Shown piece by piece: positions 19,320-29,192 of a stretch of DNA of 32,000 nt (positions are counted from its first letter, which is position 1; each line of letters opens with the position of its first letter). Source of the stretch: Aliivibrio fischeri. Lineage in GTDB: Bacteria > Pseudomonadota > Gammaproteobacteria > Enterobacterales > Vibrionaceae. The notes under the pieces were generated by a model that had not been told where the DNA came from, did no database searches, and saw only the letters and a list, made by a program, of their open reading frames with translations. A program made the position numbers and the translations under genes. Location of the stretch: positions 23,849 through 55,848 of the forward strand of contig NZ_WOBR01000004.1 of NCBI RefSeq assembly GCF_009727955.1, read 5' to 3'.

Positions 19320-20570
19320 ATGAGCAGTCATGACTTATCATTAAACGGTATTAATAAAACCGCGCCTGTAAAGCCAGATACTAAAACGGCTGCTGTAGAT
19401 AAACCAGAATCTGAAGGCTTTATTGAAGAGCTAAAAGAGGTAATGGGATTAAAGGAAAAAGACGACGCCAAAAAAACAACGGTTGATGAGAAAGGCGATG
19501 TTGAAAAAGGCGAAGCGAGCGAAAAATCGAAAGAGTCTGAATCTGTTGAAGCGAAAGAAGAAACAACAGAGGACAAAGTAAGCCAAGGTTCTGAATTATT
19601 ATCTCGTCTTGATCAAGCTAATAGCACATTAGTTGATAAAAAAGACGAAGCGAAAAAAGCCTCAGATGAAGAAGAATCATCTGACGAAGCCGAATCCTCA
19701 GATTCAAGTGATGCTGAAATGTTGCTTACTCAAGCAAGTATTGCCGCTGAAGGTGAGAAAAACAGCAGCAAAACCGTAGCTGAAAAAACAGATCCATTAA
19801 AAGAAATTCAATGGGGAAGTACTGCTAAATCGTCAACTCAAGTAGAGGGCGAAACGCAAAGCAAAGGTGAAGCCGCTGGTAATAAAGAATCAACGAAAGA
19901 ATTATTAACTTCTACTGCACTTATTGGTAAGGCAGAAGCTGAAGCTGGAAAGTTAGCAGAGGCGAAAAAAGCAAAAATGGATATCTCAGCACTTGGTATG
20001 ACTCAAGTTGCTAATGGTGAAGCGGTTAATTTAACTGAATCTAAAACCACAGATACCTTTGCACAGCAACTAGCACATGCGTCAGGTACGACAGCAACTC
20101 AACAAGCGGCAGCCGTTCAAGCGCAACGAGCAGACCCAATGAATGTGCCTTTAAATATTCGTCAAGAAATGGTGAGTGATGAAGTCGCTGAGCGCATCAA
20201 TATGATGATGGCGAAAAACCTCAAGCATGTTGATATTCGTTTAGATCCACCTGAAATGGGGCGTATGCACATTCGTCTGAATATGGGTGCAGATAGCGCA
20301 GGTGTGCAGTTTACTGTTTCAAACCAACACGCAAGAGATGCGATTGAACAAACATTGCCGCGTTTACGTGAAATGTTTGCTCAACAAGGGATCCAATTGG
20401 CCGATACATCAGTACAACAACAAAGTTCGGGTGATTCTTCACAATATGCTTACCAAAAAGAAGAGCATAGCAACCATGGTTCGGGTTTTAGTGAAGAGTC
20501 TTCAGAAGAGCACGAAATCAGTGTTCAAGTATCATCAAAACCGAATGATGGCATCAGTTTTTACGCGTAA
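19320..20570 (+). CDS. fliK: Flagellar hook-length control protein FliK
   Basis: 416 aa; low-complexity E/K/S/T-rich N-half and conserved C-terminal LKHVDIRLDPPEMGRMHIRLNMGADSAGVQFTVSNQHARDAIEQTLPRLREMFAQQGIQL. Confidence 0.93.
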   Translation: MSSHDLSLNGINKTAPVKPDTKTAAVDKPESEGFIEELKEVMGLKEKDDAKKTTVDEKGDVEKGEASEKSKESESVEAKEETTEDKVSQGSELLSRLDQANSTLVDKKDEAKKASDEEESSDEAESSDSSDAEMLLTQASIAAEGEKNSSKTVAEKTDPLKEIQWGSTAKSSTQVEGETQSKGEAAGNKESTKELLTSTALIGKAEAEAGKLAEAKKAKMDISALGMTQVANGEAVNLTESKTTDTFAQQLAHASGTTATQQAAAVQAQRADPMNVPLNIRQEMVSDEVAERINMMMAKNLKHVDIRLDPPEMGRMHIRLNMGADSAGVQFTVSNQHARDAIEQTLPRLREMFAQQGIQLADTSVQQQSSGDSSQYAYQKEEHSNHGSGFSEESSEEHEISVQVSSKPNDGISFYA

Positions 20571-20633
20571 ACACAATAATATAAATTAGCGACATTAGAA
20601 TAAAAATTAATAGTTATTTAAAGAGGAATGAGA

Positions 20634-21119
20634 ATGGCTGAACAAGGTGATGTGCCTAAAGGTAAGAAGAAACTAATGATCATTATTGCATTAGTTGCTT
20701 TATTACTGATTGGTGGAGGCGTTGCTGCTTGGTTCTTTATGTCAAGCGAGCCAGCACCAGAACCAACAGAGCAAGATATTGCCGCTTTGGAAGCGAATAT
20801 GCCTGCACTGTATTTAAATTTGCCTCAGCCATTTATCTTTAATGTGACCGGCGATAAACGTGACCGCTTAGTTCAATTAAAAGTACAGGTCATGATGCGT
20901 GGTGCTGATAATGAAGCCGTTGCTAAACAGCATACACCACTTATTGAGAGTGCTTTATTATCGACATTTGCTGCTGCAACCGTTGAACAACTAAGAGAGC
21001 CTCGTGGCCGAATTGAGCTACGTGAGCAAGCGACACGTGATATCCAAGATGCCTTTACTAAAATTACAGCTAAGCCTGTAGTTGAAAAAGTATTATTTAC
21101 CGACTTTGTAATGCAATAG
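20634..21119 (+). CDS. fliL: Flagellar basal body-associated protein FliL
   Basis: TM segment followed by PALYLNLPQPFIFNVTGDKRDRLVQLKVQVM. ATG 20634 has better spacing from AAGAGG than ATG 20628. Confidence 0.93.
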   Translation: MAEQGDVPKGKKKLMIIIALVALLLIGGGVAAWFFMSSEPAPEPTEQDIAALEANMPALYLNLPQPFIFNVTGDKRDRLVQLKVQVMMRGADNEAVAKQHTPLIESALLSTFAAATVEQLREPRGRIELREQATRDIQDAFTKITAKPVVEKVLFTDFVMQ

Positions 21120-21126
21120 GTTTAAT

Positions 21127-22161
21127 GTGACAGATCTACTATCCCAAGACGAAATTGATGCTCTACTCCACGGTGTAGATGATGTAGAAGATGATGTTGT
21201 CGGTAATGATGACAATGTAGGCTCAATGAAGAGCTTTGATTTCTCATCACAAGACCGAATCGTTCGTGGTCGAATGCCAACACTGGAATTGATTAACGAA
21301 CGTTTTGCACGCCATATGCGTATTAGCTTATTTAATATGTTAAGAAAAACTGCTGAAGTATCGATTAACGGTGTTTCAATGGTGAAATTTGGTGAGTATC
21401 AAAATACGTTATACGTACCAACCAGTTTAAACATGGTGCGCTTCCGCCCACTTAAAGGCACAGCCTTAGTAACAATGGAAGCTCGACTCGTCTTTATTTT
21501 GGTAGAGAACTTCTTTGGTGGTGACGGTCGTTTCCACGCTAAGATCGAAGGTCGTGAATTTACCCCAACTGAACGTCGTATTATTCAATTGTTGCTAAAA
21601 GTGATTTTTGAAGATTACAAAGAAGCTTGGTCGCCAGTAATGGGCGTTGAGTTTGAATACCTTGATTCAGAAGTAAACCCAACGATGGCAAACATCGTGA
21701 GCCCGACAGAGGTTATCGTTGTTAGCTCATTCCATATTGAAGTGGACGGTGGCGGTGGTGATTTCCACGTTGTTTTCCCATATTCAATGGTTGAACCTAT
21801 TCGTGAATTGCTTGATGCCGGTGTGCAAAGTGACAAGATGGACACTGATGTTCGTTGGAGCAAAGCACTACGCGATGAAATCATGGATGTTCCGGTAGAG
21901 ATGAAAGTTAACCTATTAGAGAGCCAAATTTCATTGCGCGATCTAATGGAGCTAGAAGCTGGCGATATCATTCCAGTGGAAATGCCAGAAGCAGCAACCG
22001 TATTTGTAGAAGACCTACCAACTTACCGCGGTAAAGTCGGTCAATCTAACGATAAATTAGCAATACAGATTACTGAGAAGATCAAGCGCCCAGATATGGT
22101 GAAAACGGACTTAGCCTTCCTAGGCAAAGACGTATTGTTTGATTTAGATGATGAAGAATAA
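21127..22161 (+). CDS. fliM: Flagellar motor switch protein FliM (GTG start)
   Basis: 344 aa; LLSQDEIDALLHGVDD...FDFSSQDRIVRGRMPTLELINERFARHMR. Confidence 0.97.
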   Translation: MTDLLSQDEIDALLHGVDDVEDDVVGNDDNVGSMKSFDFSSQDRIVRGRMPTLELINERFARHMRISLFNMLRKTAEVSINGVSMVKFGEYQNTLYVPTSLNMVRFRPLKGTALVTMEARLVFILVENFFGGDGRFHAKIEGREFTPTERRIIQLLLKVIFEDYKEAWSPVMGVEFEYLDSEVNPTMANIVSPTEVIVVSSFHIEVDGGGGDFHVVFPYSMVEPIRELLDAGVQSDKMDTDVRWSKALRDEIMDVPVEMKVNLLESQISLRDLMELEAGDIIPVEMPEAATVFVEDLPTYRGKVGQSNDKLAIQITEKIKRPDMVKTDLAFLGKDVLFDLDDEE

Positions 22162-22183
22162 GAAACAGAGAAGGTAGTGGATC

Positions 22184-22573
22184 ATGGATTCAAATGAACA
22201 ACAAATGGCTGACGAATGGGCAGCAGCATTAAGTGAAAGTGCAGAAGCTCAAGCAGTAACCGCACCTTTAGAAGATCTAGAAGAAAAAGCACCAGAGTTC
22301 AACGAAGATGAACGTCGCAAGCTTGATACGATTCTAGATATTCCTGTAACGATTTCTATGGAAGTAGGTCGTTCACACATTAGCATTCGTAACTTACTGC
22401 AACTAAACCAAGGTTCTGTTGTTGAACTTGACCGAATTGCTGGTGAGTCTTTAGATGTAATGGTTAATGGCACACTTATCGCTCACGGTGAAGTGGTTGT
22501 CGTGAATGACAAGTTTGGTATTCGTTTAACAGACGTTATTAGCCAAACTGAACGCATCAAAAAACTTCGTTAA
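22184..22573 (+). CDS. fliN: Flagellar motor switch protein FliN
   Basis: 129 aa; DIPVTISMEVGRSHISIRNLLQLNQGSVVELDRIAGESLDVMVNGTLIAHGEVVVVNDKFGIRLTDVI. Confidence 0.97.
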   Translation: MDSNEQQMADEWAAALSESAEAQAVTAPLEDLEEKAPEFNEDERRKLDTILDIPVTISMEVGRSHISIRNLLQLNQGSVVELDRIAGESLDVMVNGTLIAHGEVVVVNDKFGIRLTDVISQTERIKKLR

Positions 22574-22590
22574 TTGAACACGAATAGGGA

Positions 22591-22983
22591 TTGGGTATGA
22601 AAAAGCTATGGTTATTGGCATTAGTGCCTTTTCCTCTATTTGCAGCTGAAAAGGCTAATGTTGATTTAGCGGCAACATTAGGTTCGCTGATTTTTGTTAT
22701 TGCATTAATCCTCTTTTTTGCATGGTTATTAAAGAGAATGCGATTTCCTGGCGTAACAGGAACATCAGGCAGTGCGATGAGCATTGTTAAGCAACTGCCT
22801 GTTGGAACAAAAGAGCGAATCGCGGTCGTTCAAGTTGGAGAGGAGCAATTCTTAATCGGGATCACCTCTCAAAATATCAATATGCTAAGTAAGCTAGATA
22901 AGCCGTTAGAGGTAAATGAAAATACCATGACGCCTTTCTCTTCTCAACTTAGCCAACTGATGAAAAAAAATGCTAAAAACTAA
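22591..22983 (+). CDS. fliO: Flagellar biosynthetic protein FliO
   Basis: 130 aa membrane protein between fliN and fliP; [34 protein letters not shown]. Confidence 0.92.
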   Translation: MGMKKLWLLALVPFPLFAAEKANVDLAATLGSLIFVIALILFFAWLLKRMRFPGVTGTSGSAMSIVKQLPVGTKERIAVVQVGEEQFLIGITSQNINMLSKLDKPLEVNENTMTPFSSQLSQLMKKNAKN

Positions 22984-23839
22984 TTTTATTGCCGCCGTCT
23001 TGGCGGCATTTTCACTCTTCTGTATGGCATCTCCTGCTTGGGCAGTAGATGATCTCGCTTCCTCTATTCCTCAAACTGCTGCTAGTGCTGAAGGCATGAC
23101 AGTTACTGCGATGGAAAAAGAGGCAGGAGCAGCAAAAACCATAGCAAAAGGCAGCAGTTCTGGTAGTGGTATTCCAGCATTTACCATGACAACCAATGCC
23201 AATGGCGGTGAAGATTACTCTGTAAACTTACAGATTTTAGGTTTAATGACCATGCTTGGCTTCTTGCCTGCAATGGTTATTTTAATGACCTCTTTTACCC
23301 GTATTGTCGTTGTGATGTCGATTTTGCGTCAGGCCATGGGTTTACAACAAACACCGTCAAACCAAGTCATTATTGGTATTGCGATGTTTTTAACGTTTTT
23401 CATCATGGCTCCGGTGTTTGATAAAGTAAATAACACGGCGATTCAGCCTTATATCAATGAAGAAATTACGGCTCGTGAAGCGTTTGATGTAGCGCAAGTT
23501 CCGATGAAAGAGTTCATGTTGGCTCAAACACGAGTAAAAGATTTAGAAACCTTTGTAAATATGTCAGGCGTTGAAGCCCAAAACCCAGAAGATGTACCAA
23601 TTACCGTGGTTATTCCTGCGTTTATTACTTCAGAGTTAAAGACCGCTTTCCAAATCGGTTTCATGCTTTTCTTGCCGTTCTTGATCATTGACTTGGTGGT
23701 GGCATCGGTATTAATGGCAATGGGTATGATGATGCTTTCTCCAATGATCGTATCATTACCGTTTAAGTTAATGTTGTTTGTATTAGTGGATGGTTGGAAT
23801 TTGATCCTGTCCACCCTCGCAGGCAGTTTTGCAACTTAA
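22970..23839 (+). CDS. fliP: Flagellar biosynthetic protein FliP
   Basis: 289 aa; [61 protein letters not shown]; overlaps fliO by 14 nt. Confidence 0.97.
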   Translation: MLKTNFIAAVLAAFSLFCMASPAWAVDDLASSIPQTAASAEGMTVTAMEKEAGAAKTIAKGSSSGSGIPAFTMTTNANGGEDYSVNLQILGLMTMLGFLPAMVILMTSFTRIVVVMSILRQAMGLQQTPSNQVIIGIAMFLTFFIMAPVFDKVNNTAIQPYINEEITAREAFDVAQVPMKEFMLAQTRVKDLETFVNMSGVEAQNPEDVPITVVIPAFITSELKTAFQIGFMLFLPFLIIDLVVASVLMAMGMMMLSPMIVSLPFKLMLFVLVDGWNLILSTLAGSFAT

Positions 23840-23848
23840 GGAGCAATC

Positions 23849-24118
23849 ATGACCCCTGAAATGGCGATAGATTTATTCCGTGGTGCGCTTTACATGGTGC
23901 TTATCATGGTATGTGCCATCATTATTCCAAGCTTGTTAATTGGTTTAGTTGTTGCGGTATTCCAAGCGGCAACCTCGATCAACGAACAAACATTAAGTTT
24001 CTTACCGCGTCTTATTGTTACTTTGCTTGCTTTGATGCTGTTTGGGCATTGGATGACGCGTATGTTAATGGAATACTTTTATGAACTTATCGCTCGAATG
24101 CCAACGGTACTCTATTGA
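23849..24118 (+). CDS. fliQ: Flagellar biosynthetic protein FliQ
   Basis: 89 aa; MTPEMAIDLFRGALYMVLIMVCAIIIPSLLIGLVVAVFQAATSINEQTLSFLPRL. Confidence 0.97.
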   Translation: MTPEMAIDLFRGALYMVLIMVCAIIIPSLLIGLVVAVFQAATSINEQTLSFLPRLIVTLLALMLFGHWMTRMLMEYFYELIARMPTVLY

Positions 24119-24154
24119 CGTGTGCAGCTGAATTGATGCACATGAGCTAATGTT

Positions 24155-24937
24155 ATGGAATATCCAACTCAAATAGTTTTAGATTTTATAGCTACGTATT
24201 TCTGGCCTTATACACGTATTTCAGCCATGTTAATGGTGATGTCGGTATTTGGGGCTCGTTTTGTGTCGCCTCGAATTCGACTCTATCTTGGTTTGAGCAT
24301 TACTTTTGCTGTTATGCCTGCTATTCCTGCCATGCCACCTGAAATCCAATTGGTCTCTTTTCAAGGTTTTATGACCACAGCAGAGCAGATCATTATTGGT
24401 GTAGCCATGGGTATGGTTACTGTATTTGTTACTCAAACCTTTGTTCTTTTAGGGCAAATTTTGGGTATGCAATCGAGCTTGGGTTTTGCCTCTATGGTTG
24501 ACCCCGCTAATGGTCAGAACACGCCACTCCTTGGTCAATTATTTATGTTTTTATCGATTCTGTTTTTTTTAGGAACTGATGGACATTTAAAAATGATTAA
24601 CTTTGTGGTGATGAGTTTTACAACGTTACCTGTTGGGGTAGGCAAGCTCACCAGTGTAGATTATCAATCCATGGCAAGTTGGCTTGGTATTATGATGAAA
24701 GCTGGGTTAAGTATGTCGCTATCAGGCATTATTGCCTTACTGACGGTTAACCTTTCTTTTGGTGTAATGACGCGTGCTGCACCGCAATTAAACATCTTCT
24801 CGTTAGGTTTTGCTTTTGCTTTATTAGTTGGCCTATTACTGACTTCTTATATTATTTTGGGCTTGTTTAATCACTATGATCTGCATTGGCTGCGAGCTGA
24901 AGAGCAGATATGTAGCATGATCCGATTAGATTGTTGA
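24155..24937 (+). CDS. fliR: Flagellar biosynthetic protein FliR
   Basis: 260 aa; export-gate protein with YFWPYTRISAMLMVMSVFGARFVSPRIRLYLGLSITFAVMPAIP. Confidence 0.96.
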   Translation: MEYPTQIVLDFIATYFWPYTRISAMLMVMSVFGARFVSPRIRLYLGLSITFAVMPAIPAMPPEIQLVSFQGFMTTAEQIIIGVAMGMVTVFVTQTFVLLGQILGMQSSLGFASMVDPANGQNTPLLGQLFMFLSILFFLGTDGHLKMINFVVMSFTTLPVGVGKLTSVDYQSMASWLGIMMKAGLSMSLSGIIALLTVNLSFGVMTRAAPQLNIFSLGFAFALLVGLLLTSYIILGLFNHYDLHWLRAEEQICSMIRLDC

Positions 24938-24982
24938 TTATGAAACTTTTATTAATTAACACGACCGTGGAGGTCATTACAT

Positions 24983-26113
24983 ATGGCTGAGAGTGACGGT
25001 CAAGAACGTACCGAAGACGCCACGTCCAAACGCTTGCAACAGGCCAAAGATAAAGGGCAGGTTGCAAGGTCAAAAGAGCTCGCCTCTGTTTCTGTTTTGG
25101 TATGTGGTGCTGTTGCATTAATGTGGTTTGGGGAAGATGTCGCAAGAGCACTATTTTCTGTAATGGAACGCTTTTTTTCTATATCCAGAGAAGAAATTTA
25201 TGACACCAATAAATTGCTTGAAATCGTTGGTGGTGCATTGATTGCATTGGTTTTTCCTGTCTTTCTTATTTTGATCACTTTGTTTGTTGCAGCACTGGCT
25301 GGCGCTGCGGGTCTTGGTGGGATCAGCTTTTCATCTGAAGCGGCGATGCCAAAGTTTTCAAAAATGAACCCTATGTCGGGTATTAAACGTATGTTTGGTA
25401 TGCAGAGTTGGGTTGAGCTTTTAAAGTCTATTTTAAAGGTATCTCTTGTCGGGGGAATGGCTTTTTATTTAATCGAAGGCAGTAAGGAAGATCTGTTCCA
25501 ATTAAGCTTGGATACGTATCCCGCTAATATTTTTCACTCTCTAGACATATTATTAAATTTCATACTCTTAATCAGTTGTACTTTACTGATTGTTGTCGCT
25601 ATTGATATTCCCTTTCAAATTTGGCAACACGCGAATCAGTTGAAAATGACGAAACAAGAAGTAAAAGATGAATATAAAGAAACAGAAGGTAAGCCTGAAG
25701 TAAAAGGGCGTATCCGTATGCTTCAACGTGAAATGACTCAACGTCGTATGATGGCTGATGTGCCGTCTGCTGATGTTGTCGTTACTAACCCTGAACACTA
25801 CTCTGTGGCTTTACGATATGATCAAAGTAAAGATGCTGCACCGATCGTAGTTGCTAAAGGGGTCGATCATGTGGCGATGAAGATCCGTGAGATTGCACGT
25901 GAGCACAATATTGATATTTTACCTGCTCCACCATTGGCTCGTGCGTTATATCATTCAACTGAATTAGAACAGCAGATCCCTGATGGCTTATTTGCTGCGG
26001 TTGCACAGATTCTGGCGTATATATTCCAGATGAAGCAGTATAAGAAGAAAGGTGGTACTAAGCCTGAATTAGATGAAAGTACGCTGACTATTCCAGATGA
26101 ATTGAAAAAATAG
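24983..26113 (+). CDS. flhB: Flagellar biosynthetic protein FlhB
   Basis: 376 aa; ESDGQERTEDATSKRLQQAKDKGQVARSKELASV, C-terminal VVTNPEHYSVALRYDQSKDAAPIVVAKGVDHVA. Confidence 0.97.
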   Translation: MAESDGQERTEDATSKRLQQAKDKGQVARSKELASVSVLVCGAVALMWFGEDVARALFSVMERFFSISREEIYDTNKLLEIVGGALIALVFPVFLILITLFVAALAGAAGLGGISFSSEAAMPKFSKMNPMSGIKRMFGMQSWVELLKSILKVSLVGGMAFYLIEGSKEDLFQLSLDTYPANIFHSLDILLNFILLISCTLLIVVAIDIPFQIWQHANQLKMTKQEVKDEYKETEGKPEVKGRIRMLQREMTQRRMMADVPSADVVVTNPEHYSVALRYDQSKDAAPIVVAKGVDHVAMKIREIAREHNIDILPAPPLARALYHSTELEQQIPDGLFAAVAQILAYIFQMKQYKKKGGTKPELDESTLTIPDELKK

Positions 26114-26133
26114 ACAATAACCTAGTTTATTGT
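26114..26133. terminator. Hairpin between convergent flhB and pilZ; terminator-like for the minus-strand gene
   Basis: ACAATAA-CCTAGT-TTATTGT; read on the minus strand it is followed by CTATTTTTTC. Confidence 0.55.
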
Positions 26134-26804
26134 TTATCCCAGCCTTTAAGAACGCATTGGTGATGAAGAGTTTGTAACTCAGATTCACTGATGCCATCAC
26201 TATCAAACATCACTCCAATTTTCGATTGTGACTCTTTTACATCAATATTTTTAATTTCACCACGAACAGAAATCGGTTCAAGACTTTCGATCTCTATTGT
26301 GAGTGCAACTTTTTTATTTAGTAAGCTATCAGGGCTGAGTTTTGATGGTAATGCAACGGCACATCCACCGAAAGAAAAGTCTCTCATTACCCCTGTTAGA
26401 TTTTGTTCATTTACGGATAAATTACACGAAAATTTACTTTCAATGCGTCGGTGAGTTCGGATTGGTTTCATCGTAATGCTACTTGGTGCATGCAGACAAA
26501 TCATTTCCATTGGACGATAAATTACAGAATGAATTGTGGTTTTAAATGCGATGACATCACAATGTGTTGTGTTCGTAATTGCACGAAAAGTAACGTCAGC
26601 ACCTTCTAAATAGATTTTATTAAATTCAAGGGGAGGAGAGGATGGGTATTCAATAAAAACGTAATGTCCTTTTTTGAAGCCTATCAACTGTGAATTTGCT
26701 TGTGCTGACTGACCGTTTGGACATGTAATTTCGATGATGACGCGACCACCAATATCCATTTTATTAAGTACATTTTGATTTGTACTAAGCGATACACTAG
26801 ACAT
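26127..26804 (-). CDS. PilZ-domain protein with N-terminal YcgR-like domain (probable c-di-GMP receptor)
   Basis: 225 aa; N-terminal FKKGHYVFIEYP-type segment, PilZ signatures RTHRR (RxxxR) and DFSFGG (DxSxxG); only reverse-strand gene in the window. Confidence 0.85.
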   Translation of the reverse strand: MSSVSLSTNQNVLNKMDIGGRVIIEITCPNGQSAQANSQLIGFKKGHYVFIEYPSSPPLEFNKIYLEGADVTFRAITNTTHCDVIAFKTTIHSVIYRPMEMICLHAPSSITMKPIRTHRRIESKFSCNLSVNEQNLTGVMRDFSFGGCAVALPSKLSPDSLLNKKVALTIEIESLEPISVRGEIKNIDVKESQSKIGVMFDSDGISESELQTLHHQCVLKGWDKQ

Positions 26805-26970
26805 AGCAGCACCAAGAGATAAATAAAGGAGGAATTATACAAATTACAAAACCTTTTTCAATTGCGATTCTTATTTTTCTTTTAAAATTAATGAGTTAAT
26901 CTTGCTTTTGTGACTCTACTTCAATCTGTCAGAAAACTGGAAATTGTCAGCCAAAAAAGTGACATTAATC

Positions 26971-26986
26971 TGGCTCGAAACTTGCT
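26971..26986 (+). promoter_or_regulatory. Sigma-54 promoter of flhA-flhF-flhG-fliA: TGGCTC-N5-TTGCT
   Basis: GG 26972-26973, N10, GC 26984-26985; 79 nt before the flhA ATG. Confidence 0.85.
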
Positions 26987-27065
26987 TTAGTAGCTAAGTA
27001 ATCACGCTATTAGTCACTTATTATTTGTTTCGTAAGAAATACGAGTTTAGAAGAAGTAGAAGTTA

Positions 27066-29159
27066 ATGAAATTTCAAATTCCGCTGCCGAATAAATTATC
27101 AGCTCTACAAGGGCGAGGTATACCACCAATAGGTGTGCCAGTATTAGTTCTGTCCACTCTGGCAATGGTAATTTTACCGATTCCTGCCTTCTTACTCGAT
27201 TTAATGTTTACCTTTAACATCGCCTTAGCCATGGTGGTGTTACTTGTGACTATCTATACACGTCGTCCGTTGGATTTTGCAGCGTTCCCGACAATCCTTC
27301 TGGTTTCAACATTATTACGTCTTGCGTTGAACGTTGCATCAACTCGTGTGGTACTTTTGCATGGTCATGAAGGTCCAGGCGCTGCGGGTCACGTTATCGA
27401 CGCTTTTGGTAACGTGGTTATTGGCGGTAACTACGCAGTTGGTTTAATTGTATTCATCATCTTAATGATCATTAACTTCATGGTTGTAACCAAAGGTGCG
27501 GGCCGTATTTCTGAAGTAAGTGCACGTTTTACCTTGGATGCATTACCTGGTAAGCAAATGGCTATCGATGCCGATTTAAATGCTGGTTTGATTGACCAAG
27601 AGCAAGCACGTACTCGTCGTTTTGAAGTAACAAAAGAAGCGGACTTTTACGGTTCAATGGACGGTGCTTCTAAATTCGTAAAAGGGGATGCCATCGCTGG
27701 TATCCTTATCCTATTTATTAACATTATCGGTGGTCTTGCCATCGGTATGGCGCAATTTAACCTTGGGTTTGGTGAAGCGGTTCAAATCTATACATTGCTT
27801 ACTATTGGTGATGGCTTAGTTGCTCAAATTCCATCACTTCTTTTATCGATTGGCGCAGCTATCATGGTTACTCGCCAAAACACCGATGAAGATATGGGTG
27901 AACAACTGGTTTTCCAATTGGTTGATAATCCAAAAGCATTAATGGTAACGGCTGGTATCATGTTTGTTATGGGTATCGTTCCTGGCATGCCTCATTTTCC
28001 ATTCATCTTATTGGCATTATTAGCCGGTGGTTGGTCTTATTATTTAACTAAGAAAAAAGATCAAGAAACAGAAGAAAAGAAAGCTGCACCACCAATGGAG
28101 TTGTCTTCTTCTCAACCTAAAGAGCTGTCATGGGATGACGTTCAACCTGTTGATGTTATTGGTTTAGAAGTGGGTTATCGCTTAATCCCTATGGTAGATA
28201 AAGAGCAAGGTGGAGAGTTGCTTGATCGTGTGAAAGGGGTTCGTAAAAAGTTATCTCAAGATTTTGGTTTCTTAGTCCCTGCTGTTCATATTCGAGATAA
28301 TTTAGAATTACCGCCAAACGTATACCGAATTACTTTAATGGGCGTTGCTGGCGGTGAAGCTGAAATTCGCCCAGATAAAGAGTTAGCGATTAACCCAGGT
28401 CAGGTTTATGGCTCTATTGAGGGGGAACCAACCTTCGATCCTGCGTTTGGTTTAGAAGCGGTTTGGATCAATGAAGAGCAAAGAGAGCACGCCCAAGCAT
28501 TAGGCTATACTGTAGTAGATGCAGCAACAGTACTTGCAACGCACTTAAGCCAGCTATTAACGAATAATGCCGCTCAGCTGTTAGGTCACGAAGAAGTTCA
28601 GAACTTACTTGAGCTGTTGGCACAAAGTTCACCTAAGTTAGTTGAGGGATTGGTTCCTGATCAATTACCTCTGGGTGCGGTTGTAAAAGTGCTTCAGAAT
28701 TTATTGAATGAAGCAATTCCAATTCGCGATATTCGAACCATTGTCCAAACTTTGTCTGAATATGCGCCAAAAAGTCAAGAACCTGACATTTTGACGGCTG
28801 CTGTTCGAATTTCGTTAAAACGATTAATTGTTCAGGAAATCAATGGGATAGAGGCTGAAATGCCAGTTATTACTCTAATTCCTGAGTTGGAACAAATCTT
28901 GCATCAAACTATGCAGGCATCTGGTGGTGAGACCACTGGTATTGAGCCAGGGTTAGCAGAACGTCTGCAAGCATCATTAACTCAAGCGACTCAAGAGCAA
29001 GAGTTAAAAGGCGAAGCAGCAGTGCTGTTAACATCAGGGGTATTACGTTCGACATTAGCTAAGTTTGTGAAGAACACGATTCCAAACTTACGAGTTCTCT
29101 CTTACCAAGAGATCCCTGATGAGAAACAAATTAGAATTGTTCAAGCTGTTGGTAACTAA
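27066..29159 (+). CDS. flhA: Flagellar biosynthesis protein FlhA
   Basis: 697 aa; TFNIALAMVVLLVTIYTRRPLDFAAFPTILLVSTLLRLALNVASTRVVLL and FHIPEP-family C-terminal domain. Confidence 0.97.
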   Translation: MKFQIPLPNKLSALQGRGIPPIGVPVLVLSTLAMVILPIPAFLLDLMFTFNIALAMVVLLVTIYTRRPLDFAAFPTILLVSTLLRLALNVASTRVVLLHGHEGPGAAGHVIDAFGNVVIGGNYAVGLIVFIILMIINFMVVTKGAGRISEVSARFTLDALPGKQMAIDADLNAGLIDQEQARTRRFEVTKEADFYGSMDGASKFVKGDAIAGILILFINIIGGLAIGMAQFNLGFGEAVQIYTLLTIGDGLVAQIPSLLLSIGAAIMVTRQNTDEDMGEQLVFQLVDNPKALMVTAGIMFVMGIVPGMPHFPFILLALLAGGWSYYLTKKKDQETEEKKAAPPMELSSSQPKELSWDDVQPVDVIGLEVGYRLIPMVDKEQGGELLDRVKGVRKKLSQDFGFLVPAVHIRDNLELPPNVYRITLMGVAGGEAEIRPDKELAINPGQVYGSIEGEPTFDPAFGLEAVWINEEQREHAQALGYTVVDAATVLATHLSQLLTNNAAQLLGHEEVQNLLELLAQSSPKLVEGLVPDQLPLGAVVKVLQNLLNEAIPIRDIRTIVQTLSEYAPKSQEPDILTAAVRISLKRLIVQEINGIEAEMPVITLIPELEQILHQTMQASGGETTGIEPGLAERLQASLTQATQEQELKGEAAVLLTSGVLRSTLAKFVKNTIPNLRVLSYQEIPDEKQIRIVQAVGN

Positions 29160-29192
29160 CCGCGTCAACTTATTTAACGCAGGAATACGATA

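Noticed and set aside
19320-19900. Low-complexity acidic/lysine-rich region in fliK as a possible foreign insertion
   Set aside because: FliK N-terminal halves are normally long, variable and low-complexity; the C-terminal domain is intact and in frame.
13422-25798. Other nested or antisense ORFs (for example 14044-14394, 14969-15301, 16124-16432, 16777-17040, 17598-17807, 17973-18239, 20287-20589, 21615-21971, 23524-23814, 25583-25798)
   Set aside because: All fully overlap strongly supported flagellar genes and show no recognisable domains.
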